In this document: one piece after another, positions 12,461 to 23,661 of the stretch
How the letters are laid out: every line of letters starts with the position of its first letter
Numbering within the stretch: position 1 is the stretch's first letter
Assembly (NCBI GenBank): GCA_014905635.1
Contig: JABVCE010000003.1
Coordinates: forward strand, 1,426,001-1,490,000
Length of the DNA stretch: 64,000 nucleotides
Reading direction: 5' to 3'
DNA from: Scenedesmus sp. PABB004
Taxonomy: Eukaryota
Translations under genes and position numbers: made by a program
Notes under the pieces: model-generated
What the model was told of the DNA's origin: nothing
The model's input: only the letters and a program-made list of their open reading frames with translations
The model's database searches: none

Positions 12461-13348
12461 GGTCAGGCGCGGGCCGCCTAGCCCTGCGCGGCGTTAAGGG
12501 GGGGGCATCTATCACCTTGCCGTCGGGGCCGCCCATGGTTGAGATCATGATGTCGCCGCTGCCGAGGCAGTGGCTGGTGTGGGGGTAGGCCAGGCCAGTG
12601 GCCGCCGCGATCGCGGCGCCCTCGACGACCTTGTGCAGCCTGCGCGCGGGGCGCGCGCGCGCGGCGTCAGAGCGCGGCGGCGGTGTCAGAGCGCGCGGCA
12701 CGGGCGCGGGCGCGGGCGCGCGCGGGCGCGCGGGCTCGCAGCGCGCGCGGCGGCGGCGCACGTGGGCGCGCGCTCGTTGCTGACGTCGACGGCGTAGATG
12801 TTTCCGCTCTTCACGCCCGGGAGGATGAGGAACTGGCGCTTGCGCGTCGCGTCGCCGTGGCAGCTGCTGCACGCGTTCCAGCCGCTGTGGTGCAGCTCGT
12901 CGCCGGGCGCGGGCATGGGCAGGCGGTGGATGACGGTCGAGTAGGTCGCGCTGCCGGGGTCAACGTCCACGACCGCCAGGTAGTCCGGCCGGCTCGCCTG
13001 GTCGGGGATGATGCAGGGAACGTAGATGAGCGCCTCGCGCGGCCCCTTGCGCATCGCGTCCTGCGTGCAGCGGCGGCGCGCGGGTCGGGTTCGCGGCGGC
13101 GCGAGCAGCGGCGGTGCGGCGGTGTGACCGGGTGGCGCCGACCGCGCATTCGCGCCGCGCGATCGCGTTCCAGCCCTGAGACGCGGCGCGACGGCCTCGT
13201 GCGCCGCGGCGCGGGCGCGCGGGCGTCCGCTGCGGACGCATCAGCAGACATCCCGACCCGCGCGCCGCGCGACGACGCCGAGCCGCAACGCCGGGCGCAC
13301 CAGGGGCGTCGCGTAGCCCGGCCCGCCACCGGCGCAGCAGGAGGCCAT
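10682..13348 (-). CDS. SBP1: Selenium-binding protein SBP56 / methanethiol oxidase family
   Basis: '[29 protein letters not shown]', '[18 protein letters not shown]', 'AYPHTSHCL', 'GYDYWYQP', '[20 protein letters not shown]', '[31 protein letters not shown]' and C-terminal '[13 protein letters not shown]'. Confidence 0.95.
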
Positions 13349-13767
13349 GCTGAGCGCGAGCGCGCGGGCTGGACGCGGCGCTGCTGCTCGCGTTCCGGGC
13401 TGGCGCGCGGCGCGCTGCACGGCGATCGGGGGCCGCTGTGAGGCCGTGGCAGCGGCCAGATCGGGCTGGAACGCAGCCGGGCGACGGCGCTCCCCGCCAC
13501 CCCGGCGCCGCTGACCTCAACCGCCGCGGTCTGGCGGCGGGGCAAGGCGTCCTTCCGCGGCCACGTCCTTGTGCGAGTCAGGTGGGCATCCTCACAGCCG
13601 GCACGCGCAGGCGCCGCAAGCCTCGCCGCTCGCGCCAGAATACGCCGCCGTTCGCGCACGCGCGGCAGTCGAAGCCCCGGCGCGAGCGCTCGCCGCCGCG
13701 CCTCGGCGCCTCGTCCGTGGGCGAGCCGCTCGTGTCGTGTCTCTGTCTGAGCGGTCAAGCGCCCGCC

Positions 13768-16700
13768 ATGCGGCCCCTGGTCGCGCCCGCGGCGCGGCCG
13801 GGCGCGGGCCGCCCCGGCCTGGCGCCGGCCCGCCGCGGCCTGCCCGCCCGCGTGGCGCCCGCGATCGGGCTCAGGCGCCTCGGCACGAGCGGGCGCGCTG
13901 CGGCAGGGCCAGGCGACGCGGGCCCGGGCGCCTCAGGCGCAACAACGCGGCGCCCCGAGGCCCAGGCCCCCGAGCACGCGTCCCTGCCCGCCTGGGCGCG
14001 GGGCGCGCTGCTGGGCGGCGCGCTGGCCGCGGCGGTGCGCGGCACGGGGGCGCGGCGACCGCGCGCGCCGCTCCGGCGCCGCACCGCGCCGACGCCGCTC
14101 GACACTCATGCGCCGCTGCCCGCCCGCCCGCCCGCCCGCGGCGTAGATGCTGCTGGACCGGCGCGCCGCGCTCGCCGCGGCGCCCGAGCCGGCGGTGCAC
14201 ACGGCGGCGCCGGCGCCGTCCTCGAGGTGTGGGCGCGGGCCGTGCGCGGCCCGGGCCCGGCCGCGCGCACGCCCACGCACGCGCCCCGCGGGCCGCGCCG
14301 ACGCCCGCCCTCCCCCGTCCGCCCTCCGCCGCAGCGCGCGGCGCGGCACGTGGGCCCGCGCGCGGGCCGCCGCGGCCGCGCCCGTGCGCGCGCTGGACCG
14401 CCTGATCTTCAACCCAGACGAGCCCATCGCGCTGCTCCGGTGCGCGCCCGCCGCGCTGAGCCGCCGGGCCGCGGCACGCGCCGCCGCCGCCCGCGTGCGT
14501 GCGTGCGTGCGCCCGCTGCTCACCCTGCCGCCCGCTGCGCCTGCCCGCGCGCGCAGCATGCCGGCGGCGGAGGCGCCGGCGGCGGTTGCGGCGCCCGCGG
14601 CGGTCGCGGCGCCCGCGGCTGTCGCCGCGCCCAGCAGCGCGGCCGCGGCGCCCGAGGGGGGCCTTCCCGCCCTCGCGCGCGGCGCCGCGGCGGCCGCGGC
14701 CGCGGCCGGCCACCGCGCGGCGGAGGCACTGGGCGCGCTGGGGCCCTCGCTCGCGCCCGCCGCGCGCGCCGGCGGCGCGGACGCGGACGCGCAGCGCGTG
14801 GCGCGCGCGGCGTACGCGCTGGTCGGCGTCGCGGTCGTGCTGGCGGCGTGCGCGGCGGCGGCGAGCATCCCGGCCGGCTCGCGTGCGGGACGGCGCGCCG
14901 CCGCCGCCCCGCCGCCGGGGCCCCGCGCGCCGGCGCCGGCGGCGCCCCGCGCCGCCGCCGTGGCCGTGGCCGCGGCGTCCGCCGCGGCCGCGCGCGGCGC
15001 GGACGGGCGGCGCGTGCCGTTTGTGATGCTCGCCCACACCAACGCGGCGCTCGCGGCGACCGGCGCGGCGCTCGCGAGCAGCGAGGGCGCCGCGCTGCTG
15101 GTCGACCCCGACGGCACGAGCTGCGCCGCGGGCGGCGCGGAGGAGGACGCGCCGCCGCCGCCGGCGCCGCGCCTGGCGCGCGCGACGGCCGTGTCGCGCG
15201 CTGCGCCGGCGGGCATGGCGCTGCTGGCGGGGGAGACCGCGCCGGCGTCGGCCGAGGACGAGGCCGGCGCGGCGCCGGGGCCCGCGGCAGGCCTGGCCGA
15301 CAGCGGCGTGGAGGTCGTGGCCGCGCTGCCGCCCCAGCTCGAGGGCAAGACCGTTGTGGGTCCCTTCTGCCTGCTGGCCGACGCGGCCGCGGCGGCCACG
15401 GCGGGCGCGCTGGCGGCGCACGCCGACGCGGCGCAGGCCGTGGCCGAGGCGGCGCCCCCGGGCGAGGCGCCCGCGGGCGTCGCGGCGGCGCAGGCCGAGG
15501 CGGTGGTGGCGGCGGCGCGGGGCGCCGCTGAGCTGGCGCAGGAGGAGGTCGAGGGGCCGCAGGCGCAGGAGGAGGAGCTGGAGGCGGCCGGCCGGTACGT
15601 CAAGGCGGCGGGCGCGGCGCGGGGCGGCGACGACGAGCCCCTGTTCAGGCTGGAGGCGGCGCCCGGCGCCGGCGCCGGCGCCGCGGTGGCGGCCATGGAG
15701 GGCCACCTGGCGGCCGAGGCGGTGCGCGAGGCAATGTTCGCCGAGTCGGCGGCCGCCGCGGCGGCGGTGGCCGCGCAGCGCGCGCAGGCGGCCGCGCACC
15801 TGGTGGAGGCCGCGGCGCATGCGCACGCCGCCGCGCACGCGGCCGCCGACGCCGGCCACGCGGCGGGCCCGGCGGACGGGGCGGCGCCGCAGGCGGGCGC
15901 CGGTGAGGCGGGCGCCGGCGAGGCGGACGCCGCGCTGGACGACGCGACCATCGCCGCACTCGCGGCGGAGGCCAAGGCGGCCGAGGCGGCGGCGGCGATG
16001 GCGGCGATGCGGGGGGCGGTGATGCGCAACATGCGCCCGCAGCCGCCGGCGCCGAGCAGCAGGCCCGAGCCCGCCGCGGCGGCGCCCGTCGACGTCGACG
16101 GCCCGAGCCGCGCGGAGGTGGTGGCCGAGGCCATCGCCGCCGAGGCGGCCGCGCACGCCGCGCACGCCGCGAGCGCCGCGGCCGGCGCCGCGGCCGCAGC
16201 CGACGGCAGCGCGGGCGACGCCGCCGAGCGCGCAAAGTGCCTGGCCAGCGGGCCGCGCGCCGGCGGCGCGCGCGCCCCGGCGCCGGTGTCGTGGCTGCTC
16301 GACTCGGCAGACGCGGGCGCGGCGCACGCGCAGCTCACCGCGCTCGCGGCGGCGAGCGGGCACCCGGCCATCATCGCCCTGGGCGACGCGGACGCGGACG
16401 CCGACGCGTTCAAAGACGAGTTCCCCTGCCCGCCGGGCCCCGCCAGCGCTGAGGACGGGGCCGCGCTGCGCGCCGCCGTCGCGCTCGCGGCGGCGGCGTG
16501 CGGCGCGGCGCCGCCGTCCGCGGGCGGCGCCGTCGACGCGGCGCGCCTCGCCGCGGCGCTGGACGCCGCGCTGTCCAGCTTTGACGAATCCGACGACGCC
16601 GCGGCCGCCGCGCTGGTCGCGGCCGCCGCCGGCGCCGCGCCGCCGCGGCCCGCGGCCGCGTCCGGCGGCGAGCGCGGCCCGGCGCCGAGCGGGACGTCGC

Positions 16701-18230
16701 TGGCGGCCGCGCTGGACGCCGCCAACCGGCGCCAGATGCACGCGGCCGGCGCGACGGCGGTGAAGCTGGCCGAGCGCCGCCTCGCGCAGCTGTACCTGGC
16801 GCGCCGCCTGCTGCGCGCGGCGGCGCCCGCCCGCGCCGCGCCCGCGCCCGCAGCGGCGTCGCCGGCGGAGGCGCCGGCGCCGGCGCCGCGCTCCTCGGGC
16901 GCCGCGCCGCGCGCGCTGCACCTGGGCGTGACCGACCTGGCGCTCGCTCTCGCGCTGGCCGCCCTCGACGGCGACGACGCGCTCGAGCCGGCGCCGGCGC
17001 GCGCCGAGCCGGCGCAGCGCGCCGAGCCGGCGGGCGCCGCGCCCGCCAACCCCTACGCAGCCATCGCCGCGGCGCTGACCGACGGCAGCGCCGCCGACAG
17101 CGGCGCCGACAGCGGCGCCGGCAGCGGCGCTGACAGCGACGCCGGCAGCGGCGCCGACAGCGGCGCCGACAGCGACGGCAGCTTTGACGTGCCGGTCATC
17201 GTGGAGGGCGGCGCGGCGCCCCCGCGGCGCCCGCTGCGACACGGCCGTTCAAGGGCTTTGGCAACCCCGCCGGCCGCAAGGGCCGTGTGGTTCGCTTCGG
17301 CGCCGCCGCTGCGGCCGCGCGGCCGCAGCCGGCGCCCGCGGGCGGCGCCGGCGCGCGCGAGGTGCCCGTGGCCTGGGCCGCGGGCGGCGCGGGCGCGGTT
17401 GCCGTGCCCGTGGAGTGGGTCGGCGCGCCGCTCGCCATGGAGCGCGCGGAGGCGCTGCAGCGCGGCGCGGCGGGCGCGGCCGCTGCCGAGCCCTCTGCTG
17501 CGGCGGCCGCGGCGCCCGCGCCGCCGCCCGCGCCCGCGCGGGCGGCCCCGCCCCGCTGACGCGCCCGGTGGCGGCGCGCAGCCCGACCTCCCGGCGCTGC
17601 TGCTCGCCGCCGCGGACCGGCTGGACCGCGCCGTCGCCAAGGCCCAGCAGGCCGCGGGCGCGCAGGCGGCGGCGCCGCAGAGCGGCGCGAGCCTCGCCGC
17701 CGCCTGCACCGCCGCACCCGGCCCCGGCCCCGCCGCGCCCGGCGCGCTGCCGTGCGGCTGGGGCAAGAGGGTGCCCGCGCCTGGCACGCTGCCCGCGGGC
17801 TGGGGCCGCGGCGCCGCCGCGGCGCCTGGCGCGGCGGCCAGCCGCCCCGGCAGCTGGTCCGCCGTCGCCAGCGAGCTGGCGTCAGAGCTGGAGGGCGAGA
17901 TGGAGGGCGAGCTCGCGGGTGCGCGTTGGTGGCAGGAGGCGAGAGGGGGGGGGGGGGATGGAGGTGGAAGCAGCAGGCCAGCGCCAGGGCAGCCACGCGG
18001 CCGCGCGCTCACGCCGCCGCCGCCGCTGCGCCCGCCGCGACCCCGCAGGCCTGCTGACCTCGGCCGCCAGCCGCCTCGACGGCGAGCTCTCAGCGCCCTG
18101 GGCCGTGCCCGCCCTGCCCGCGCCCGGCAGCGCCGCGCCGGGCGCGCAGCCGGGCCCGGACGGCGGCGAGGCTGCGCGTGAGCGCGCCGGCGACGGCGGC
18201 GCCGCGGCGCCCGCGGCGCGCGCAGAGTGA
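13768..18230 (+). CDS. Large Ala-rich protein of unknown function, possible plastid transit peptide; exon structure partly uncertain
   Basis: Long exon of about 14558-17220 with consistent Ala/Glu/Gly-rich, GC3-biased codons. GT-AG introns near 14035-14146, 14227-14334 and 14440-14556. N-terminus 'MRPLVAPAARPGAGRPGLAPARR...'. Downstream TGTAA at 18611. No domain recognised. Confidence 0.55.
17090..17180 (+). repeat. 12-nt coding repeat (ADSG)n
   Basis: 'gccgacagcggc' and near-identical units repeated in tandem. Confidence 0.85.
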
Positions 18231-18610
18231 GCGACGGCGGGACGGGGAGGGGCTCTTCAGGGGCGTCTCTCTCTGTGTTGCCCCTGTGTACTACGATGTG
18301 TGTACTTCACGATGTTGCTCCAACCGCCTCTGATCACGAGCGTCCATCATGTGTCGCGTGACGTGTCATCATGTTTCGTGACACGGGCGGTCGCGCCCTG
18401 CGCCCGTTGCACTGCTGCTGTGTTTGTTTGCTTGCTCCGGCCCCAGTTGTTGTATCACCAGCAGTCGGCGTGTGCACCGCCTCCGCCAGTACCACCACCC
18501 ACCTGTTGTTGTATCGCACCCAGAGCACGCGCCGCGCGGCGCCGGCCGAGCTGTGCAGCACTTGAGTGAGCGCGCCCGGCGCGTGTGCGTCATCATGCCC
18601 CGCCGCCGCA

Positions 18611-18615
18611 TGTAA
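18611..18615 (+). promoter_or_regulatory. TGTAA chlorophyte poly(A) signal
   Basis: TGTAA in an AT-richer 3' region about 380 nt after the stop at 18230. Confidence 0.55.
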
Positions 18616-19017
18616 CATCAGCTGACAGCGCCGCAGGCTTCGGCCAGTTCACGAGAGGTTACCAGTGTGTCGTCCGACCCCTCCGAGGCACAGCCCACGC
18701 GCGCCGACCCACGACTGTGCGAGCGATTCAGACGGCATGGGAGGGACCGGCGTGCGCCGGCGGCGTGTGGGGATGGTGTGCAGTGCTGCTAGCTGGTGAT
18801 GGCCCCGCCGCCGCTCGGCGGCCGGCCTGCCTCCCCCGCCCTCCCCTGTTCTCATGCAGCGGGCTGCGCCCCCCGCCCCCACGGCTTGCCCCGTTGTCAC
18901 TGCAGTCCCGCCTTCCTCCGCCCTCCACCCCCACACGCCCCTGCCCGGCGACGAGACACAGCGCACACGCCCGCGTACGCGCGCACACGCCCCCCCCCCC
19001 CACCCCCCGGGCGCGCC

Positions 19018-22000
19018 TCACAGCGGCCGCAGCGGCAGCGGGTCCGGCACGGCCACGGCCTGCCACTTGCGCCACTCTGCGATCGCGGCGCCCACCGCCG
19101 GCGGCGCGCCCGCCGCGTCCGCGTCGGCGGCGACCTGCTCCGCGCTCGCGCCGTCGCAGAGCAGGCCCAGCGCCCAGCCCACGACCGCGGGCGGCACGCC
19201 GCTCACGACGCCGCCGCCGGCGTCGCCGCCGGCGGCCGCGAGCCGGCCGGCGTGCCAGGCGATGAGCTGCGCCGCGCAGCGCAGCGTGTCGGGCGCGTTG
19301 CCGGCCTGAGCCTCGAGCCGCAGCAGCGCGGTGTAGGCTGTGAGGTTTAGCGGGCCGAGCTTGGCGCACGCGCGGTACGCCGACCGCGCGTCGGCGCCGT
19401 GGTCCAGCCGCTCGGCGAGCCCGCCGCGGCGCATCCAGTCGCACGCGGTCAGCGCCGGCGGCGACAGGTTGCCGCCGTCCGAGAGCGGCGTGCGCGGCGT
19501 GCCCGACTCGCCGGGCACGAGCCCCAGCACCAGCTCCGCGTGCGTGCCGCCTGCGGGGCGCGCGCGCGGCCGCGTCGGCGCGCGCCGGCCCCCGGTGCCC
19601 GCAGGCCCCGCGCGCGCGCGCGCGCCGCCGCCGCCGCCCCACCTCGCGCCTCGCGCAGGCTCTGGTCCCACACCTTCCACTCCATGTAGGCCTGGGCAGC
19701 AGCGGCAGGGCGCGTGCGCGCGCGGCGTGAGCAGGGCGCGTGCGCCGCCGCGGCCGCGACGTGCGCGCGCTGCGCCGCGCGCCCCCGCGGCCCGCGACGC
19801 GCCCCCGCCGCCCGCGGCCCGCCGCCTTCGCGCCCTGTCGCGGCCCCGGCGCCCGCCCGGCCGCACCTGCAGGTCGTGCCAGAGCGCAACGATGAGCTCG
19901 TCCAGCCAGCGCACGCACAGCCGGCGCGCGCCGCACGCGCCGCCCCGCTGCCCCCGCCGTCGCCCGCCGCGGCCGTCGCGCTCGCGTCGTCGGCGATCCA
20001 GCCCTGCGCCAGCGCCTCGCGGTCGCCGTCCAGGCTGAGGCTCACCGCCTCGCCCGCGAGCGACGCGCGGCGCGCGAGCGACGCGCCAAACTGCCCGCTG
20101 CCGCCGCCGTCGGCGAGCGCGGCGGCGTGGCTGCCGCTGCCATAGCGCGCGAGCGCGGCGGCGTGGTTGCCGCTCGCCCCGGCGCGCCCGGCCCGCCGGC
20201 GGTGCTGCTCGTGACGCTGCTGCTGCGCAGCAGCAGGCTGCCGGCGCGGTCGAGGCCCTCCGCGACGGGGCCGGCCGGCGCCGCGCTGCCCCGCCGCTGC
20301 CGCCGGCCGGCGCCGGCCCGGCGGCCCAGCCACCGGCACTGCGGCTGGTGCTGCCGCCGCTGCTGCTCCTCCCGCTCCTGCTGCTCCTGCTGCTGCTGGC
20401 GTGGCGGGGCCGCGCCGGCGCGCTCCCGCGCCTCGCCCAGCGGGCGCGTGCGGATGCGTGGCAGGCCCTGCGCCGCCGCCGCCAGCTCGCCGTCCTCGGG
20501 CAGGGGCGGCGGCTCGGGCACCGCGCTCGCCGCGCCGGCGCCGCCGCCGCTGCTGCTGCCGCCGCCGCCGCGGCTGCGCCGCGCCCCGAAGACCACGTCC
20601 CAGAGCTCCGGCGTGATGCTGGCGTTAGGCTCGGTGCGGATCGACGCGACCTTGCTGGCGGTGGCGAGGCGGCTCAGGTCCTCCACCTCGTTGGGTGCGA
20701 GGCTGCGCGGCACGCCGCAGCCCACCGCCGACGCGCCGTGCCCGCCAAACGACGACGCGCCCTGGCCCCCAAACGGCGCGCCGCCGCCGCCGCTGCCGGG
20801 CGCCAGCCCGCCGCCGGACACGCTGGCGCGGCGCGGCTGCGGGCCCGCGGCGCTGAGCCGTCGCGCGTGCGTGCGGCCCAGCAGCAGCACGCGGCCCGCC
20901 ATGGAGCGCTCGCCGTCGCCGGCGGCGGACGCCTGCGGCGCGGGCGCCTGCCCCGCGGCCGCGCCGCCCACGCGCGCAGGCGCCGCGGCCGGGCGGCGGC
21001 AGGCTCGCCGCCGCGCGGCGAGGGCGCGCCGCCGCCGCCGCCGCCGCCGCCGCGCGGGCGGCCCGCGGCGAGCTCGTCGATGCGGCTCGCGTAGTAGCTC
21101 TTGGGGCTGCCGCGCTGCCCGCCGCTGCTGCTCAGCCGGCCGCGGCTCGGCGGCGGCGTGTGCGCCGCACCCTCCTGGTGTGCGGGGCTGGCGCCGGCGC
21201 TGGGCGTGCCCGCGCCGCGCAGCGCGGCGCCCGCGGGCGCCGGCGGCGCGTCGCCGCCCTCCAGGCTGCTGCTGCTGCGCCGCGCGCCGTTGGCTGCGGC
21301 GCCGCCGCCGCTGCCCAGGCCGAGCTGCTCCAGCTTGTGCTGCACCGCCGCGACCGCGCCGTCGTTGCTCGTGCGCCGCTGCGCCGCGGCCGCAGCCGCG
21401 CGCGCCGCCGTGCGCGCGCGCTGCGCCGCTGCGCCGGCGTCGCCCGCGCCGCGCGGCGTGGCGGCCTCGTGCTGCATGAGGAACACGCGTGACCGGATCT
21501 CCAGGAACGCGTCCCAGCTCGTGCGCGCGACAATCTCCTGCGCGGCGGTGCGGCGCGGCACAAGGGGTGACCCTCGTGTCACGTGCGCACGTGACACACG
21601 CGCGCGCGTGCGCGCACGCGCGTGCGCAGTGGCAGCGGCCGCGCCCGGGCGCCCGGGCGCCCGGGCGCACGCGCGCGCGCGCGCCTGCAGGAGGCCGTAC
21701 ACCGCGGCGAGCACGCTGCGCGTGATGCGGTTGGGGCTGGTGTCGGGCACGAGCGCGGCGCCGAGGGGCTCGCGGTTGACCAGGATGGAGCCGGGCAGGT
21801 AGGCGAGCAGGCGCGAGCCGTCCAGCGACGCCTCCTCGACCGCGCACGCGCGCACCGCCTCGAGCTCGCCGTCGTAGCGCCGCGCCTGCGGCGACGTGGT
21901 CGCCCGGGGCGGCGGCGGCGGCACGACGTGCAGCAGCTCCACCTCGGCCGCCGGCAGCGGCGGCGTTGGGACCACATTGAGCGCGACGAGCGCGGCGGCG

Positions 22001-23155
22001 TACTGCCCCCGTTCGATGAGGCAGCGCGCGAGCAGCAGCCACGCAGGGCGGCAGCGCGGCGCCGCCTGGAGCGCCGCGCGCGCGAGCGCCGCCGCGTCGT
22101 CGGGGCGGCCGCCGTCGAGCGCCTCCTGCGCCAGCCCCGCGAGCGTCGCGGGCGGCAGGCGCTCGCGCGCGGTGTGCCCCGCTGCGAGCAGCAGCTCCGC
22201 GAGCAGCGCGCCGCCGGTCGCGAGCCCCGCCGCGCGCTGCGCCGCCGCGAGCGGCAGCGCGGCGGGGCTGTAAATGGGCACGAGCTGCCTGAAGAACTCC
22301 GCCGCGGCGGCCCAGCGCTGGCGCCGGCGAAAGTGCTGCCACAGCGCGGTCAGCACGGCGTCCATGTGCTCAGGCAAAACCCCGCAGCCCTGCGCGCGCG
22401 GCGGGCGGCGACCGGCGACCGGCGGGCGGGGCCCCGGGCTCGGCGCGCGGGCCCGCGGCGCGGCGCGGGCCTGCCCGGGGAGCCGCTGCTGCTGCGCGCG
22501 CGGGCGCGCGCGCCTGCTCGGCGTAGATCTCCTGCAGCGCGCCCGGCAGCGCGCCGGCCGAGTACAGGGCGAGCACCGCGCCCAGCATGCTGCGCTCCGC
22601 GGCGGCGGTGGGCACGGGCTCGTGCGCGACGACGCTGCCGCCGTTGAGCCGCATCTCGGGGTCGTACAGCAGCGCGCGCACAAACGCGCAGACCTGAGCC
22701 TGCGCCCAGAGCTGGGGCGTGACGTCGTGCAGCGCGCCGCCCGCGTCGACGCAGCCGACCGCGACGCCGCCGGGGACGCAGAGCTCGCAGCGCAGGTCCA
22801 TGCGGGAGAGGGGGTCGTACGTGCAGTAGAAGCCCCGCTGGATCTGCCACTCGCCGCCGCCCCAGAGGCCCGAGAGCAGGCCGCCGGCCTCGGCCGCAGC
22901 GGTCAGCGTCGCAAAGTGCGCGGCGAGCGCGGCGCTGCTGCCGACGTCGGCGCCGAGCGCGTAGTGGTAGTAGCCCGCCGCCTCGGCGCCGCCGCCGCCG
23001 AGCAGGGCGCCGCGCTGGGCCTTCTGCAGCCACACGAGGTCGGGCGGGCCGAGGCCCGGCGCGGCCGCGAGCGCCGCGACCGCGGCGTCGCGCGCGACGA
23101 TCGAGTCCCCAAACTCCGCCTCCACGTGCTCCGGGATGCCCCGCAGCGTGTCCAT
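19018..23155 (-). CDS. ChAPs family (Chs5p-Arf1p-binding; Bud7/Bch1/Chs6-like) TPR protein
   Basis: 'IPEHVEAEFGDSIVAR...GLGPPDLVWLQK...GYYHYALGADVGSSAALAAH...WQIQRGFYCTYDPLSRMDLRCE', 'AWLLLARCLIERGQYAAALVALNVVP', 'YGLLQEIVARTSWDAFLEIRSRVFLM', 'RWLDELIVALWHDLQAYMEW' and 'DWMRRGGLAERL..ARSAYRAC' follow the ChAPs motif order. Confidence 0.85.
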
Positions 23156-23661
23156 GGCGCCGGCGGCGCCCCTGCGGCGGCGCGCGGGGCGGGTCGGCGG
23201 CGGGTGGGCAGCTGCCGCGCAGCGGCGCGCCGCCGCAGTGGCCCCGCGCGGGTGCGTGATCGCCCGCGAGCGCGGCTGGCACGCACTTCAGCCGCTCAGC
23301 TCGTCAAGGCCGCTGCTTGCACACCGACGGCGAGCACAGCGCCCGCACGCTGCTGCTGCCTGCATCTGCTGCTGTGCCGCCACCCGCTCGCCAACGCGCG
23401 TGGGGGCGGCCCTGGCGCCGGATCCGGTGGTTTCGGCTCGTGAACAGCGCGCGGAGGCCCGACGGCAGCGCGTGCGGGGCGCTGGTGCGAGCGAGCGCGT
23501 GTTGGTTTCGCGGACCCGGCCGCCAGCGCCGTGATAGATGGCGGGAGCTGCGTCGGCGACTGGGGAGCTCTGGCCGGCGGGTGCAGCACAGCGCACCGGC
23601 GGCGGCGGCACAGCGCGCAGCGGCGCAGGGGACTCCCGCGCGTGTCGTTTCATCGCGCCGC

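Noticed and set aside
10682..13348. Selenoprotein (UGA recoding) hypothesis for SBP56
   Set aside because: No in-frame TGA is needed in the exons I reconstructed, and the family binds selenium without encoding Sec.
13871..17242. 1123-aa and 1038-aa antisense ORFs
   Set aside because: Shadow ORFs of a GC3-rich sense exon. Stop codons are rare at this GC content and the translations are low-complexity.
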